Under the pieces are notes generated by a model. It was not told the origin of the DNA. It saw only the letters and a program-made list of their open reading frames with translations, and made no database searches. From Dehalococcoidia bacterium (lineage in GTDB: Bacteria > Chloroflexota > Dehalococcoidia > Lucifugimonadales > UBA3495), in the NCBI GenBank assembly GCA_963664375.1, contig OY761449.1:2315087-2379086 (forward strand): a DNA stretch of 64,000 nt, written 5' to 3'. Both the position numbers and the translations under genes were made by a program. Every line of letters starts with the position of its first letter. Position 1 is the first letter of the stretch. Shown here piece after piece: positions 45,435 to 55,082 of the stretch.

Positions 45435-45478
45435 CTTGGCCAGTTCCTGTTCTATCTCGGGTGTTGGAGCGCTGCTTG

Positions 45479-46009
45479 TCAATTCAGACCCTCGCTTTCC
45501 AGCCCGTCCTCCAAAAGTTGCAGGAATTGCTGGAGGATTCTTGCGGTGGCACCAAAGACCAGGTGCTTGCCGTAGGCGTAGGAGTGAACCGTGCTCGCTC
45601 CGTCCGCCTCCCAATGAGTCTCGACGCGCACGCTGGACGCATCCAGCAACGCGCTTACCGGGAATTCAACGATCTCGGCTATTTCGTCGGCGCTGGGCCG
45701 GAAGTCGTAAGGATGCTCTATGGTTCCCGCGAACACGCTCACCCGGTACTGGGACCGGGTGGCAACTTGGTCCATCTCGCCGAGCACCGTGATGTCCTCC
45801 CGGCGGATGCCCATTTCCTCTTCGGTTTCCCGGAGCGCCGTATCCAGCGCACCGCCATCTTCCGGATCCGTCCTGCCGCCGGGGAAGGAAATTTCCCCCT
45901 TATGGTGCTCGACGTGCTGGGAGCGCTTGTTCAGCAGGAGCCAGTGGTCTCCATCCTTGGGATAGAGAAGCACCATAACAGCAGCGGGCGTCAAGCCATC
46001 CCCGGCCAC
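45479..46009 (-). CDS. Nudix hydrolase, CoA pyrophosphatase-like
   Basis: Nudix box GEISFPGGRTDPEDGGALDTALRETEEEMGI, preceded by the LLLNKRS..H..G element characteristic of CoA pyrophosphatases. Confidence 0.8.
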   Translation of the reverse strand: MAGDGLTPAAVMVLLYPKDGDHWLLLNKRSQHVEHHKGEISFPGGRTDPEDGGALDTALRETEEEMGIRREDITVLGEMDQVATRSQYRVSVFAGTIEHPYDFRPSADEIAEIVEFPVSALLDASSVRVETHWEADGASTVHSYAYGKHLVFGATARILQQFLQLLEDGLESEGLN

Positions 46010-46106
46010 CCTGCTGGTGGCCCGGCTGGCCAGCGCCCGCTTGATCAGTTCCGGAGGCGTCAGGACTGCCTACTCTCCCGCTCCAGGATGTGATTCCTCA
46101 AAGTTT

Positions 46107-47048
46107 CTACTCGAATATGGAGGATGCAACCTCTTCGAGACTGCGCTGTAGCTCGGGGTCGTCGGTCAGCGTCCAGACGATGGCAACCTGGCAGGCGCGG
46201 CGGGGCGGGATGCCCTCGGAAATCAGGCGGCCAGCGTAAATCAGCAGCCGGGTGCTGGCGCCTTCCTGCAAGCCGTGGTCTTCCAGGTTGCGGATTTTTT
46301 CGCCCAGTTTGGCCAAGGCGTCCGCCTGCTCCTCGGTGCAGCCGGCCTCCGCCTGGATTATCTCCCGCTCGATTTCCCGGGGCGGGTAGTAGAACTCGAT
46401 GGAGATGAAGCGCTGCCGGGTGCTGTGCTTCAGGTCTTTCAACGCGCTCTGGTAGCCGGGGTTGTAGGAGATGCAGAGCAGGAACCGGTCATCGGCCTCA
46501 ATGATGGTGCCGGTCTTTTCCACCGGAAGAATCCTGCGGTGGTCCGTGAGGGGGTGAATCAGCACGGTGGTGTCCTTCCGCGCCTCGACCACCTCGTCCA
46601 GGTACAGGATGGCGCCAGCCTTGACCGCGCGGGTCATCGGCCCGTCGATCCAGCGGGTGCCCTCGGCGTCCAGCAGGTAGCGGCCCACCAGGTCGCTGGC
46701 GGTCAGGTCTTCGTGGCAAGCGATGGTTACCAGCGGAACGCGAACCTCACCCTCTCCAACTTCCTGGGTGCTTAATCCGCTTGTTCCCGAAGTGGGGCTC
46801 GCGTCCTTTGCCTGCTCCTTGATCACAGTGAGCGGGCGGCCCAGCTTCCAGGCCATGTACTCGACGAACCGGGTCTTGCCACAACCGGTCGGGCCCTTGA
46901 GCAGTACCGGGATGTGCTGCTGGTAAGCCGCGGCAAACAGTTCCATCTCGTCGCCCACGGCGCGATAGTACGGCTCGGCTCGTACCAGGAACTCCTCGAT
47001 CGCGTACTCGCTGTAATGTAATTGTTCTTGCTCTACGGCTTCTACCAT
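46107..47048 (-). CDS. CbbQ/NirQ/NorQ/GvpN-family MoxR-type AAA+ ATPase
   Basis: Walker A GPTGCGKT, then [37 protein letters not shown] and [22 protein letters not shown] roughly 30-aa insertion ([26 protein letters not shown]) follows GRPL. Confidence 0.9.
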   Translation of the reverse strand: MVEAVEQEQLHYSEYAIEEFLVRAEPYYRAVGDEMELFAAAYQQHIPVLLKGPTGCGKTRFVEYMAWKLGRPLTVIKEQAKDASPTSGTSGLSTQEVGEGEVRVPLVTIACHEDLTASDLVGRYLLDAEGTRWIDGPMTRAVKAGAILYLDEVVEARKDTTVLIHPLTDHRRILPVEKTGTIIEADDRFLLCISYNPGYQSALKDLKHSTRQRFISIEFYYPPREIEREIIQAEAGCTEEQADALAKLGEKIRNLEDHGLQEGASTRLLIYAGRLISEGIPPRRACQVAIVWTLTDDPELQRSLEEVASSIFE

Positions 47049-47659
47049 TGCGTCTGTTCAATCCTTTCTTTAACTCGGGTCGCCCACAACTCGTCGATCG
47101 CCTTTCGCATCGATTCGACGTCCTTAGAGTTGTCAATCACAAAGTCGGCGCGTTCCAGCCTTTCCTCGCGGCTCATCTGGGATGAGATACGCCGACGGGC
47201 CTCCTCCTCGCTCATTCCGTTCCGCTGGGCCAGGCGGTTCACGACCACCTCAACCGGCGAGTCGGTGACCCATACCTCCTGAACCAGGGAATCCCAGCCC
47301 GCCTCGTACAGCAGCGCGGCCTCTACCACCACCGCGTCGGCGCCTTCTGCTCTGAAACTGTCGATCCTCTCCTGCACCATGCCCGCCATGAGCGGGTGCA
47401 TAATTCCGTTGAGACGCGCCAGTTGCTCCGGGTCGGCAAAGACTATGGCTCCCAGGGCGCGCCGGTCGATTTCATTGTCCGGGGCGAGTATGCCCTCTCC
47501 AAAAGCTTCAACCACCCGGCGCCACGCCTCGGCGTGCGGACTGTAGGCCTCGTGGCCCACCACGTCGGCGTCGATCAGGCAAGCGCCCAGCGACACCAGG
47601 TGCCTGGCGGCCTCGCTCTTGCCCGTCCCGATGCCTCCTGTCAAGCCGATGACCAACAT
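47042..47659 (-). CDS. coaE: Dephospho-CoA kinase
   Basis: [16 protein letters not shown]-loop start and IDADVV motif. First ATG at 47659 (the TTG at 47704 is less likely). Its stop overlaps the AAA+ gene start by 7 nt. Confidence 0.85.
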   Translation of the reverse strand: MLVIGLTGGIGTGKSEAARHLVSLGACLIDADVVGHEAYSPHAEAWRRVVEAFGEGILAPDNEIDRRALGAIVFADPEQLARLNGIMHPLMAGMVQERIDSFRAEGADAVVVEAALLYEAGWDSLVQEVWVTDSPVEVVVNRLAQRNGMSEEEARRRISSQMSREERLERADFVIDNSKDVESMRKAIDELWATRVKERIEQTQW

Positions 47660-47887
47660 GCTTCCAGGTTTCAACCGTTTCAACCCGGTTTCACCGCCTG
47701 CCAATGCGCGTCAGCAAAAGCGCCGTGGCAAATTTCAACGCCGTACCTTCCGCACGGCGCTTGTCCGCGCACGAGCGCATGCCGCACAACTGGACTATTC
47801 TAACAATCCCTTTCCGATATGGTCAACTTGAAAATCCGGGCCGCACTGGCAGCGGCAAGCGCCCCACCGGCCACCCGTTGCAGTCCT

Positions 47888-48568
47888 TCAGTCTACGATT
47901 ACGATTGGACCCCGTTTGGATTCCCACAGGTCTTGTAGCTCCCGGAACAACCTGGAGTATTCCTCGGTTCCGATGGGCGTGGTGGTCATTATCACCGCGT
48001 CTTCGCGGTTGTCCGAGTAGTAGCCCTTGCGGATTCCCACGGACTTAAAGCTGTATTTTTCGTATAGGCGCTGGGCTATGAAGTTGGACACCCTGGCCTC
48101 GAGGGTCATCACGTGGGACCCGTATTCCCTGGCGGCCCTGAGCGAGCCGATGAGCAGCAGCTCGCCGATGCCGTTCCCGCGCAGGGTTTCGCGGACAGCG
48201 ATCTCGGTGATGTGGGCCTCGTCCCCCTGGTACCAGACGCTGACGTATCCGGCGATGGAGGGTTCTTCCTCTACGGGCGGCGGGTCGACGGCGGCCGCGC
48301 CAAAGCCAAGCCGGCCAGCCAGTCTGGACAGCCAGGATTGCTCTGCCTCAACCCCTTCGCCAGGCTCGGGATCAGGGGATGACGAATCGTCGGCGGGTTC
48401 CAGGCAGGCCACCAGGTAACAGGCCCTCTTGTTGTTGACGTCGCGCCGGAAAGGGGAACTCACCCAGGTGGGAGAGAAAGCCTCTTTCTCGATCTCCACG
48501 ACCTCGGTAATGTCCTCTCTCTCCAGGCGGCGGAGATAAACGGAAATGGGCTGCGGCAAACCGTCCAA
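47888..48568 (-). CDS. rimI: GNAT N-acetyltransferase, RimI-like
   Basis: EIEKEAFSPTW and RGNGIGELLL acetyl-CoA motif, with a roughly 50-aa acidic/Pro insertion. TTG start is uncertain. Confidence 0.7.
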   Translation of the reverse strand: MDGLPQPISVYLRRLEREDITEVVEIEKEAFSPTWVSSPFRRDVNNKRACYLVACLEPADDSSSPDPEPGEGVEAEQSWLSRLAGRLGFGAAAVDPPPVEEEPSIAGYVSVWYQGDEAHITEIAVRETLRGNGIGELLLIGSLRAAREYGSHVMTLEARVSNFIAQRLYEKYSFKSVGIRKGYYSDNREDAVIMTTTPIGTEEYSRLFRELQDLWESKRGPIVIVD

Positions 48569-48680
48569 TTCCCAACATATCGGCGGGCGGGATAATCACC
48601 CACCAAAATTGTGTGAATTCTAGCACAAGCCATGCTGCAAAGGGCGGTTGGAATCCGGAAACGAGCTACGCAGTTGAGGA

Positions 48681-48722
48681 GTTCACCCCCACCCTACCTC
48701 CCCACTAAAGGGAGAGGGGATA
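48681..48722 (+). repeat. REP-A element (diverged)
   Basis: gttcacccccaccctacctccccactaaagggagaggggata. Confidence 0.75.
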
Positions 48723-48751
48723 AATTTGAACTGCGTAAGTCCTGTCCGGAT

Positions 48752-50032
48752 TCAGAACAGGGACGCTTGGGTTGGGTTCCCCGGCGCGTCGGCCCACACC
48801 CGCACGGCGCCGTACTGGCCGTCAAACCCCGGTTCGGCCACAACCTGCCCGGTGCGGGCTTTGAGGATTGCCCCGGCAACCTGCTCTCCCGCAACTATCT
48901 GAATATCTCCCGATCCGGCGCGGGCCAGCACCTCAAGCTCGTTCCCAAACTCGGCACACAGCTTCCGGTACACGTTCGCCACGGCCTTGCTTCGCTTGCC
49001 CACGCTCAAGGTCTCTGCCAGCAGTTCCTCCAGCGGAACCAGCCTCAGAAATGGCGGGCGCCCATCGGGAGAGTTGATGAAACCGTCCGGCCCCGGCGCT
49101 GTCTCCGCGCCGCCATCGTCCCCGGCAGTTGCAGCCAGAGAGCGCACGCGATGCAGCACCCCCAAGGTGAGGGGCCGCCTGCATACCGCGCAACGCCCGT
49201 CGGCCTGTGCAGCGGTGTCCTCGGGCGATTGCCTCACCCCGCAATTACGGTGACCGTTGTAGTGGTACTTGCCTTCCTCAGGGTAGAACTCAACGGTGTA
49301 GGCGATGGCGTTGCGCAGGAGCGCCTCACGCATGCCCGAGTAGGTTGCCCGTCCCCTGAACGCAGTCAACTCGCGGCCCAGGTTTGGCAAGGAGTGGGCG
49401 TCGGAGAAGGAAACGATTGCGCGCCCGTCCAGTTCGGGGATGCTCCAATTCATGGCGGGGTCGCTGGAAAGCCCGGTTTCCACGGCGCTGATGTGGCTGG
49501 CCGAATCTCCAAAGCATTCCTCGAGACTGTCGAAGCCGGACACCGACCCCAGTATCCCGTACCACGGCGTCCAGATGTGGGCCGGGATGACAATGGCGTC
49601 CGCGTCCAGGTCCAGCGTCATGGCGGTTAACTCCGCCGCGCTCATTTTTAACGTTGGGCGGCCGTCGCCTTCCAGCTTTGCGCCTTGGCCCGACAGCGCT
49701 GCGTTGAACCGGCGCACGGACTCGAATGACGAAAGGTATACCAGGACATGGACTCTGCGTGTCCTGCCGCCCTGGTTGAAAACGCAGCTGACCTCCGTGC
49801 CCAGAACGAAGTTGACGCCGCCGTGCCGGTACGAACCGTAGTCCACTTCCTCAAGGCCTTGCTCCAGTTCGGTCAGCCAGGCGGGGTGGGTGAAATCCCC
49901 GGTTGCCAGCAGGTCAATGCCCTTGATCCTGGCCGTCTCAGCTATGCCCTGCAACGTCAGGTTCTTGCTACAGGCATAGGCGTACCGGGAATGGGTGTGC
50001 AGGTCTGCGACGAATTCACTTGATGCGGTCAT
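48752..50032 (-). CDS. Endonuclease Q-like PHP-domain protein
   Basis: N-terminal ADLHTHSRYAYACS...GIDLLATGDFTHPAWL PHP/EndoQ signature, and a C-terminal zinc-binding CAVC region. Confidence 0.75.
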   Translation of the reverse strand: MTASSEFVADLHTHSRYAYACSKNLTLQGIAETARIKGIDLLATGDFTHPAWLTELEQGLEEVDYGSYRHGGVNFVLGTEVSCVFNQGGRTRRVHVLVYLSSFESVRRFNAALSGQGAKLEGDGRPTLKMSAAELTAMTLDLDADAIVIPAHIWTPWYGILGSVSGFDSLEECFGDSASHISAVETGLSSDPAMNWSIPELDGRAIVSFSDAHSLPNLGRELTAFRGRATYSGMREALLRNAIAYTVEFYPEEGKYHYNGHRNCGVRQSPEDTAAQADGRCAVCRRPLTLGVLHRVRSLAATAGDDGGAETAPGPDGFINSPDGRPPFLRLVPLEELLAETLSVGKRSKAVANVYRKLCAEFGNELEVLARAGSGDIQIVAGEQVAGAILKARTGQVVAEPGFDGQYGAVRVWADAPGNPTQASLF

Positions 50033-50113
50033 TGGGCGAGTCTAGCACATGGCGGCGGCTGGGGATTCACTGATGCCGGATAGTGGTCGCTGTGGCCAAA
50101 CTTCTCACCACGC

Positions 50114-50147
50114 AAAACAAGGGGCCCTCGGTTGAGGGCCCCTTGTT
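50114..50147 (-). terminator. Rho-independent terminator-like hairpin
   Basis: AACAAGGGGCCCTC-loop-GAGGGCCCCTTGTT, a 14-bp stem followed on the minus strand by TTTTG. It lies downstream of the small ORF 50256-50360. Confidence 0.6.
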
Positions 50148-50255
50148 CCAGCCTGGGGGTGTTCAATCTTCAGCCTGGCCGGAGCCGACTTCGCTGTGGA
50201 TAATCAGCTCGTCGCGGCAACAGGCCGTCGAATCCGCCCTCGCTCACTGGCCGGT

Positions 50256-50360
50256 CTAGCGGGCCTGCCTCCGGCGCTTCCAGTAGCGGTAGCCGCCGTA
50301 TGCGGCGAGTGCCAGGGCTGCGGTTCCCAGGGCTATACCAAACTTCGCTTTCGTGGACAT
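50256..50360 (-). CDS. Small membrane protein (34 aa), not in the ORF track
   Basis: GGAGG lies 6 nt upstream of the ATG. MSTKAKFGIALGTAALALAAYGGYRYWKRRRQAR is one TM helix plus a basic tail. A terminator hairpin lies downstream. Confidence 0.5.
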   Translation of the reverse strand: MSTKAKFGIALGTAALALAAYGGYRYWKRRRQAR

Positions 50361-50599
50361 GGTGTACCTCCTATCTCTTTAGCCTTCGTGCCCGGCGGAG
50401 TCGCTCTCCAACTCGCCGGTCACCGTTGGTATCTCTCAGTAAGTCTGTATTAAATATACCAATAAATATTATGCTTGTCAAGCCGGTGAAAACATTCACA
50501 ATATTGTATATTCTGAATGATAATTTTGCGATTCTTGTCCCCTGATACCGGAATTCCGGCGTCTGACAGCGCCACATGTCCGGTATTGACGCTTCCCGC

Positions 50600-50628
50600 T
50601 TGACCGGCAACGAGGCCAGTCTTATTCT
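50600..50628 (+). promoter_or_regulatory. Candidate promoter for groEL
   Basis: TTGACC (50600-50605), a 17-nt spacer, then TATTCT (50623-50628), inside an AT-rich 330-bp divergent intergenic region. Confidence 0.3.
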
Positions 50629-50694
50629 TTACCGTGAACAATTTCGCAATTTGGCTGTCTCGTAACCTTTCATCAATGGAGGAGAGAATCAAAT

Positions 50695-52302
50695 ATGCCA
50701 GCCAAGCACATTATTAGCGACCAAGCCGCCCAGCAGGCCCTGCTGAACGGCATCTCCATGGTGTCGAACGCCGTCGGGCGGACGCTGGGGCCCAAGGGCC
50801 GGAACGTCGCCGTGGAAAAGAAATGGGGCGCTCCGGTCATCACCAACGACGGCGTCACCATCGCCAAGGAAGTTGAGCTGCCCGAATCCTTCGAGAACAT
50901 GGGCGCCCAGCTCATCAAGGAGGCGGCCAGCAAGACCAACGAGGTGGCTGGCGACGGCACCACCACCGCCACCGTCCTGGCCCACCACATCGTCCGCGAC
51001 GGCATGAAGAACGTGGCCGCTGGCGCCGATCCCATGGCCATCAAGCGCGGCCTCGACAAGTGCGTGGACACCCTGGTCAAGGAACTGGCGGGCATCTCCA
51101 CCCCGGTGCAGGGGCGCGACCAGATGGCCCAGGTAGCCACCATCTCGGCCAACGACCGCGAGGTCGGCGACATGCTGGCCGACGTGCTGGAGCAGGTGGG
51201 CGCTGAGGGCGTGGTGACCATCGAGGAAGGCAAGGGCATTGAGTCGGAGACCGAATTCGTCGAGGGCATGAACTTCGACCGCGGCTACATCAGCCCCTAC
51301 TTCGTCACCAACCCGGAGCGGATGGAGTCCATCATCGAGAATCCGCACATCCTGGTCACCGACAAGAAGATTTCCTCGGCGGCGGAACTGGTGCCGGTGC
51401 TGGAAAGCGCACTTCAGGTCACCCGCAACCTGGTGGTGATCGCTGAGGACGTGGAGAGCGAGGCCCTGGCGGTGCTGGTGGTCAACAAGCTGCGCGGCAC
51501 GATCAACTGCCTGGCGGTGAAAGCGCCGGGCTTCGGCGACCGCCGCAAGGCCATGCTGGAGGACATCGCCATCCTGACCGGCGCTGAGGTCGTATCGGAA
51601 GAACGGGGCCGCCGGCTGGACCAGGCCACCGTCGCCGACCTCGGCCAGGCCCGCCGTATTGAGACCACCAAAGACCGCACCACTATCGTGGGCGGCGCCG
51701 GTGAAAGCAATATGATCAAGGCCCGCACCGAACAGATCCGCGTCCTAATCGAGGAGACCACCTCGGAGTACGACAAGGAAAAGTTGCAGGAGCGGCTAGC
51801 CAAGCTCTCCGGCGGCGTCGCCGTCGTCAAGGTGGGCGCACCCACCGAGCCGGAGCTGAAGAACCGCAAGGCCCGCGTCGAGGACGCGCTGTCGGCCACC
51901 CGCGCCGCCGTGGAGGAGGGAATCGTCCCCGGCGGCGGCGTGGCCTACGTGCGCGCCATATCGGCCCTGGACAACGTGAGCCTCACCGGCGACGAGGCGG
52001 TGGGCCGCAGCATCCTCAGAGGCGCGCTACAGGAGCCGGTGCGCATCATCGCCCGCAACGCTGGCGCAGAGCCAGCGGTCGTCGTCGACGAGGTCAGCCG
52101 CAACAGCGAGCGCAACTTCGGTTTCGACGCGGCCAACGGTGAGTACGGAGACCTGGTGGAGCGGGGCATTATCGACCCCACCAAGGTCTCGCGGTCTGCC
52201 CTGGAGAATGCGTCCAGCGTGGCTGGCATGATCCTGACCACCTACTCCCTGATTACCCAGGAAGAGGAGGAGGAACACGACCACCACGGCCATCACCACT
52301 AG
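50695..52302 (+). CDS. groEL: Chaperonin GroEL (60 kDa) with a His-rich C-terminal tail
   Basis: [30 protein letters not shown] and [10 protein letters not shown] motifs. GGAGGAG RBS. The C-terminus is [13 protein letters not shown] instead of a GGM repeat. There is no groES upstream. Confidence 0.95.
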   Translation: MPAKHIISDQAAQQALLNGISMVSNAVGRTLGPKGRNVAVEKKWGAPVITNDGVTIAKEVELPESFENMGAQLIKEAASKTNEVAGDGTTTATVLAHHIVRDGMKNVAAGADPMAIKRGLDKCVDTLVKELAGISTPVQGRDQMAQVATISANDREVGDMLADVLEQVGAEGVVTIEEGKGIESETEFVEGMNFDRGYISPYFVTNPERMESIIENPHILVTDKKISSAAELVPVLESALQVTRNLVVIAEDVESEALAVLVVNKLRGTINCLAVKAPGFGDRRKAMLEDIAILTGAEVVSEERGRRLDQATVADLGQARRIETTKDRTTIVGGAGESNMIKARTEQIRVLIEETTSEYDKEKLQERLAKLSGGVAVVKVGAPTEPELKNRKARVEDALSATRAAVEEGIVPGGGVAYVRAISALDNVSLTGDEAVGRSILRGALQEPVRIIARNAGAEPAVVVDEVSRNSERNFGFDAANGEYGDLVERGIIDPTKVSRSALENASSVAGMILTTYSLITQEEEEEHDHHGHHH

Positions 52303-52366
52303 GATTTCCAGCCGCCGGGCCTCATCGAACCGGCGGCGAAAATTGTTTCAGAGGGTGTTTCCAAAG

Positions 52367-52402
52367 TTCCCTCTCCCTCCGGGGGAGGGTTAGGGTGGGG
52401 GC
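52367..52402 (-). repeat. REP-A element
   Basis: gttccctctccctccgggggagggttagggtggggg. Confidence 0.85.
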
Positions 52403-52505
52403 GTCCTCTTCCTTATCAGGAGTGGCATATACCACCACAGCCTGCTCATCGGCGGGTGAAATGGGTTTTGGAGACACCCTCTCATACGCGGCTGAGGTGA
52501 TTTTA

Positions 52506-52619
52506 ATGATTGCTTCGATAACGGTTACCATCTGGGTCTGCGAGAAATGCGGCTACGAGAACGCCCCGATGAGGGACGTGTTCTGCGGCAACTGCGGCAA
52601 CCGCCGCCCGGGCTGGTAG
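52506..52619 (+). CDS. Small zinc-ribbon protein (37 aa)
   Basis: GAGGTG lies 7 nt upstream of ATG 52506. CEKCG...CGNCG double CxxC. The longer track ORF begins inside a REP. Confidence 0.4.
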   Translation: MIASITVTIWVCEKCGYENAPMRDVFCGNCGNRRPGW

Positions 52620-52713
52620 CTCCGGGCCGCATCGGACGTCCAGGGGACAACAACAAGAACGGGCTGGTTTTGCCAGCCCGTTTCGCTTTACCTGTCAATG
52701 CTCAGCGCCCGGT

Positions 52714-53469
52714 TCAGGCGTGGCGCAGCAGCGCGTCCGCCACCTCCTGAGGCTTCTGCCACACCGCCATGTGGCAGGCGTCGATTTCCACCAGCTCGTC
52801 GCTGTCGAGGCGTTCAGCCGTGCGGCGTTGCGCCTGCGGAGACACCAGCCGGTCATCGTTGAGCACGATGCAGGAAAGCGGCGAGGGCAACTCGCCCTCC
52901 AGCGACAGCCCCGAGTTGAGCAGCCGGGTGGGCAACGGGCCGAAGAAACCCAGAATCTGCACGATCTCCATAGCTTCCATGGTGTTGCACAGGTACCGGC
53001 CAATGAAAGAATGCGGGTACCGCACATCCTTCCCAGACAGCGAGCTGATAATAGACCGCAGCTTGAACCAACTGCCGATTCTTCCCGTGTAGCCGCTGAT
53101 CAGGGGACGCGATCCCTCGGGCACCATCCCGCCTACAATGGCTAGCCGCTTCGGAGGCGGGCTCAACTGGGACGCGGCCTGAAGGACGATGCCGGAAGAG
53201 ACGCCATGGCCCACCAGCACCAGGTCCCGCAACTGCTCCCGGTCGACCAGGTTGACGATGGCGTCTACGCATTCCTCCACCCGCACGGCGCCGGTGTCTC
53301 CGGCAACGTCGGGGCCATGTCCGGGCAGGTCGATGGTCAGCACGCGGTTGGCCCGGCGCTGCTTGTAGAGCCGCGGCGGGTGCTCCACGGGCGCAGTCAT
53401 CAGCCCCCAGACCTTGCCCCACGCCCAGGCTCCCTGCCCCGGGCCATGCACCAGCAGGTAGTCGGTCAT
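52714..53469 (-). CDS. Alpha/beta hydrolase
   Basis: LLVHGPGQGAW oxyanion region, a GxSxG-like elbow (GHGVSSG), and a C-terminal His (DACHMAVWQ). Confidence 0.8.
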   Translation of the reverse strand: MTDYLLVHGPGQGAWAWGKVWGLMTAPVEHPPRLYKQRRANRVLTIDLPGHGPDVAGDTGAVRVEECVDAIVNLVDREQLRDLVLVGHGVSSGIVLQAASQLSPPPKRLAIVGGMVPEGSRPLISGYTGRIGSWFKLRSIISSLSGKDVRYPHSFIGRYLCNTMEAMEIVQILGFFGPLPTRLLNSGLSLEGELPSPLSCIVLNDDRLVSPQAQRRTAERLDSDELVEIDACHMAVWQKPQEVADALLRHA

Positions 53470-53530
53470 ACTGTCCTTTGCTCCGTATTGTTGCGCCTTT
53501 GCTCGGCGCCCGGTTGTATCGCTAATGAAA

Positions 53531-54910
53531 TCATGCCTTCAACCCTTGCAGACAGGCCAGCAGGTCACCCTCTTCGTCCGTGCCAACAGTGCGCGGGTCG
53601 AACAGCACTTTCTCGTCCTCAACCCTGGCGATCACCGGGGGCCGGCTCTCGCGCAATCTCTGCATTACGCCACCGGCGCCGCCGTCAACGCCGGTAGCGT
53701 CCAGCGCAAGAACCCACGTCGGCAGCGTCTCGCCGGGCAGGCTGCCTCCGCCGATGGCCGACCGCGACTCGCAAACGCTGTACGCGCGGCCCAGCGAGGA
53801 ACGCCAGCGTTCGGCCCGCTCGCAGATGTCATCCGGCGTGGCCGAGATCATGCGCCAGACCGGAACCTCGCTTTCAGCTTCGCCCTTGAGATAGTGGACC
53901 AGGGTGGCCGTCAGGCTGGCTAAACTCAGCTTGTCGATGCGCACCGCCCGGGCCAGGGGGTGTCGGGCCAGCCGCGATACCAGCTCGCGCCTTCCCGCCA
54001 CGATGCCCGCCTGCGGGCCGCCCAGCAGCTTGTCGCCGGAAAAGAACACCAGGCCCATCCCGGCCCGAACGCTCTCCTGGGGCATTGGCTCGTGGGCCAG
54101 TCCGTACCTCTCGGTGGGAAGCAGGCTGCCGCTGCCAACGTCGTGCAGGACGGCCACGCCCAGCCGGTCGCCCAGTTCGGCCAGTTCCTGCATCCCGACC
54201 TCGGCGGTAAAACCCTCGACCCGGAAGTTGCTGGCATGCACTTTCAGGTATGCGGTGGTGTCCGCGGTAGTGGCGTCCTCGTAGTCTCGCAGGTAGGTGC
54301 GGTTGGTGGTGCCGACGTCCACCAGCGTGGCCCCGCTCTGCCGCAGCACGTCGGGCACTCGAAAGCCGCCGCCGATCTCCACCGCTTCGGCGCGGGACAC
54401 GATCACTTCGCGCCCCGCCGCCAGCGCCAGCAGCCCCAGCAGCACCGCCGACGCGTTGTTGTTCACCGCCAGGGCCGCCTCCGCGCCGGTTATCTGGCGG
54501 AGCAGCGATTCCAGTTGCGCCTGCCGGGAGCCGCGGCGTCCAGACCTTAAATCAAACTCCAGGTTGGAGTATCCGTATGCGGCCTCCTCGGCAGCTCGCA
54601 TGGCAGCCCGGCTCAGCGGGGCGCGTCCCAGGTTGGTGTGAATCACCACGCCGGTCGCGTTGATCACGCGCCGCGGCTCTGCCCGCACCACGTCGTCCAC
54701 CCGCTGGCACACCAGGGCGGCCACCTCATCCAAGTCCGCCGCCGTCTCTCCCTTCCGTATGCGTTCGCGGGCCAGGTCCAGTTCGCTGCGAACCAGCTCG
54801 ACCACCCACTGGCGGCTGAACGACGACGCAATTTCCGCCACCTCGGTCGTGGCGAGAACGCTGTCAACGCTGGGAAGATTTCTGTATTGCATCCGAGTCC
54901 GCAAGGGCAA
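53531..54910 (-). CDS. selA: L-seryl-tRNA(Sec) selenium transferase
   Basis: YRNLPSVDSVL N-terminus, PLP-lysine motif FSGDKLLGGPQAG, 459 aa. Confidence 0.9.
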   Translation of the reverse strand: MPLRTRMQYRNLPSVDSVLATTEVAEIASSFSRQWVVELVRSELDLARERIRKGETAADLDEVAALVCQRVDDVVRAEPRRVINATGVVIHTNLGRAPLSRAAMRAAEEAAYGYSNLEFDLRSGRRGSRQAQLESLLRQITGAEAALAVNNNASAVLLGLLALAAGREVIVSRAEAVEIGGGFRVPDVLRQSGATLVDVGTTNRTYLRDYEDATTADTTAYLKVHASNFRVEGFTAEVGMQELAELGDRLGVAVLHDVGSGSLLPTERYGLAHEPMPQESVRAGMGLVFFSGDKLLGGPQAGIVAGRRELVSRLARHPLARAVRIDKLSLASLTATLVHYLKGEAESEVPVWRMISATPDDICERAERWRSSLGRAYSVCESRSAIGGGSLPGETLPTWVLALDATGVDGGAGGVMQRLRESRPPVIARVEDEKVLFDPRTVGTDEEGDLLACLQGLKA

Positions 54911-54985
54911 GTGTGCCGCCGCCTATTCTAGCACGCCGCCCGCGCAGGCTCCGCATTGCGGAGAGGCAACCCAAGGGTTCTTTTA

Positions 54986-55031
54986 GTTCTCCCTCTCCCT
55001 TGAGGGAGAGGGTTGAGGGTGAGGGTGAAAT
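54986..55031 (-). repeat. REP-A element
   Basis: gttctccctctcccttgagggagagggttgagggtgagggtgaaat. Confidence 0.8.
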
Positions 55032-55060
55032 CGCGGGCGTCGGCGCCATTCGCCGAGCTC

Positions 55061-55081
55061 ATGGTGAGCCTGTCGAACCAC
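55061..55081. repeat. Family-D repeat fragment
   Basis: atggtgagcctgtcgaaccac matches 26178-26198 with 1 mismatch and abuts a REP-A copy. Confidence 0.7.
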
Positions 55082-55082
55082 G

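Noticed and set aside
45435-45614. N-terminal extension of the VWA-protein ORF (track ORF 42108-45614)
   Set aside because: It overlaps the 3' part of the Nudix gene and encodes low-complexity R/G/P sequence. ATG 45434 gives a sensible start (MPPAVLEAYQ) with a 44-nt intergenic gap.
50361-50694. CIRCE/HrcA operator upstream of groEL
   Set aside because: I searched by eye for TTAGCACTC-N9-GAGTGCTAA and close variants and found none.
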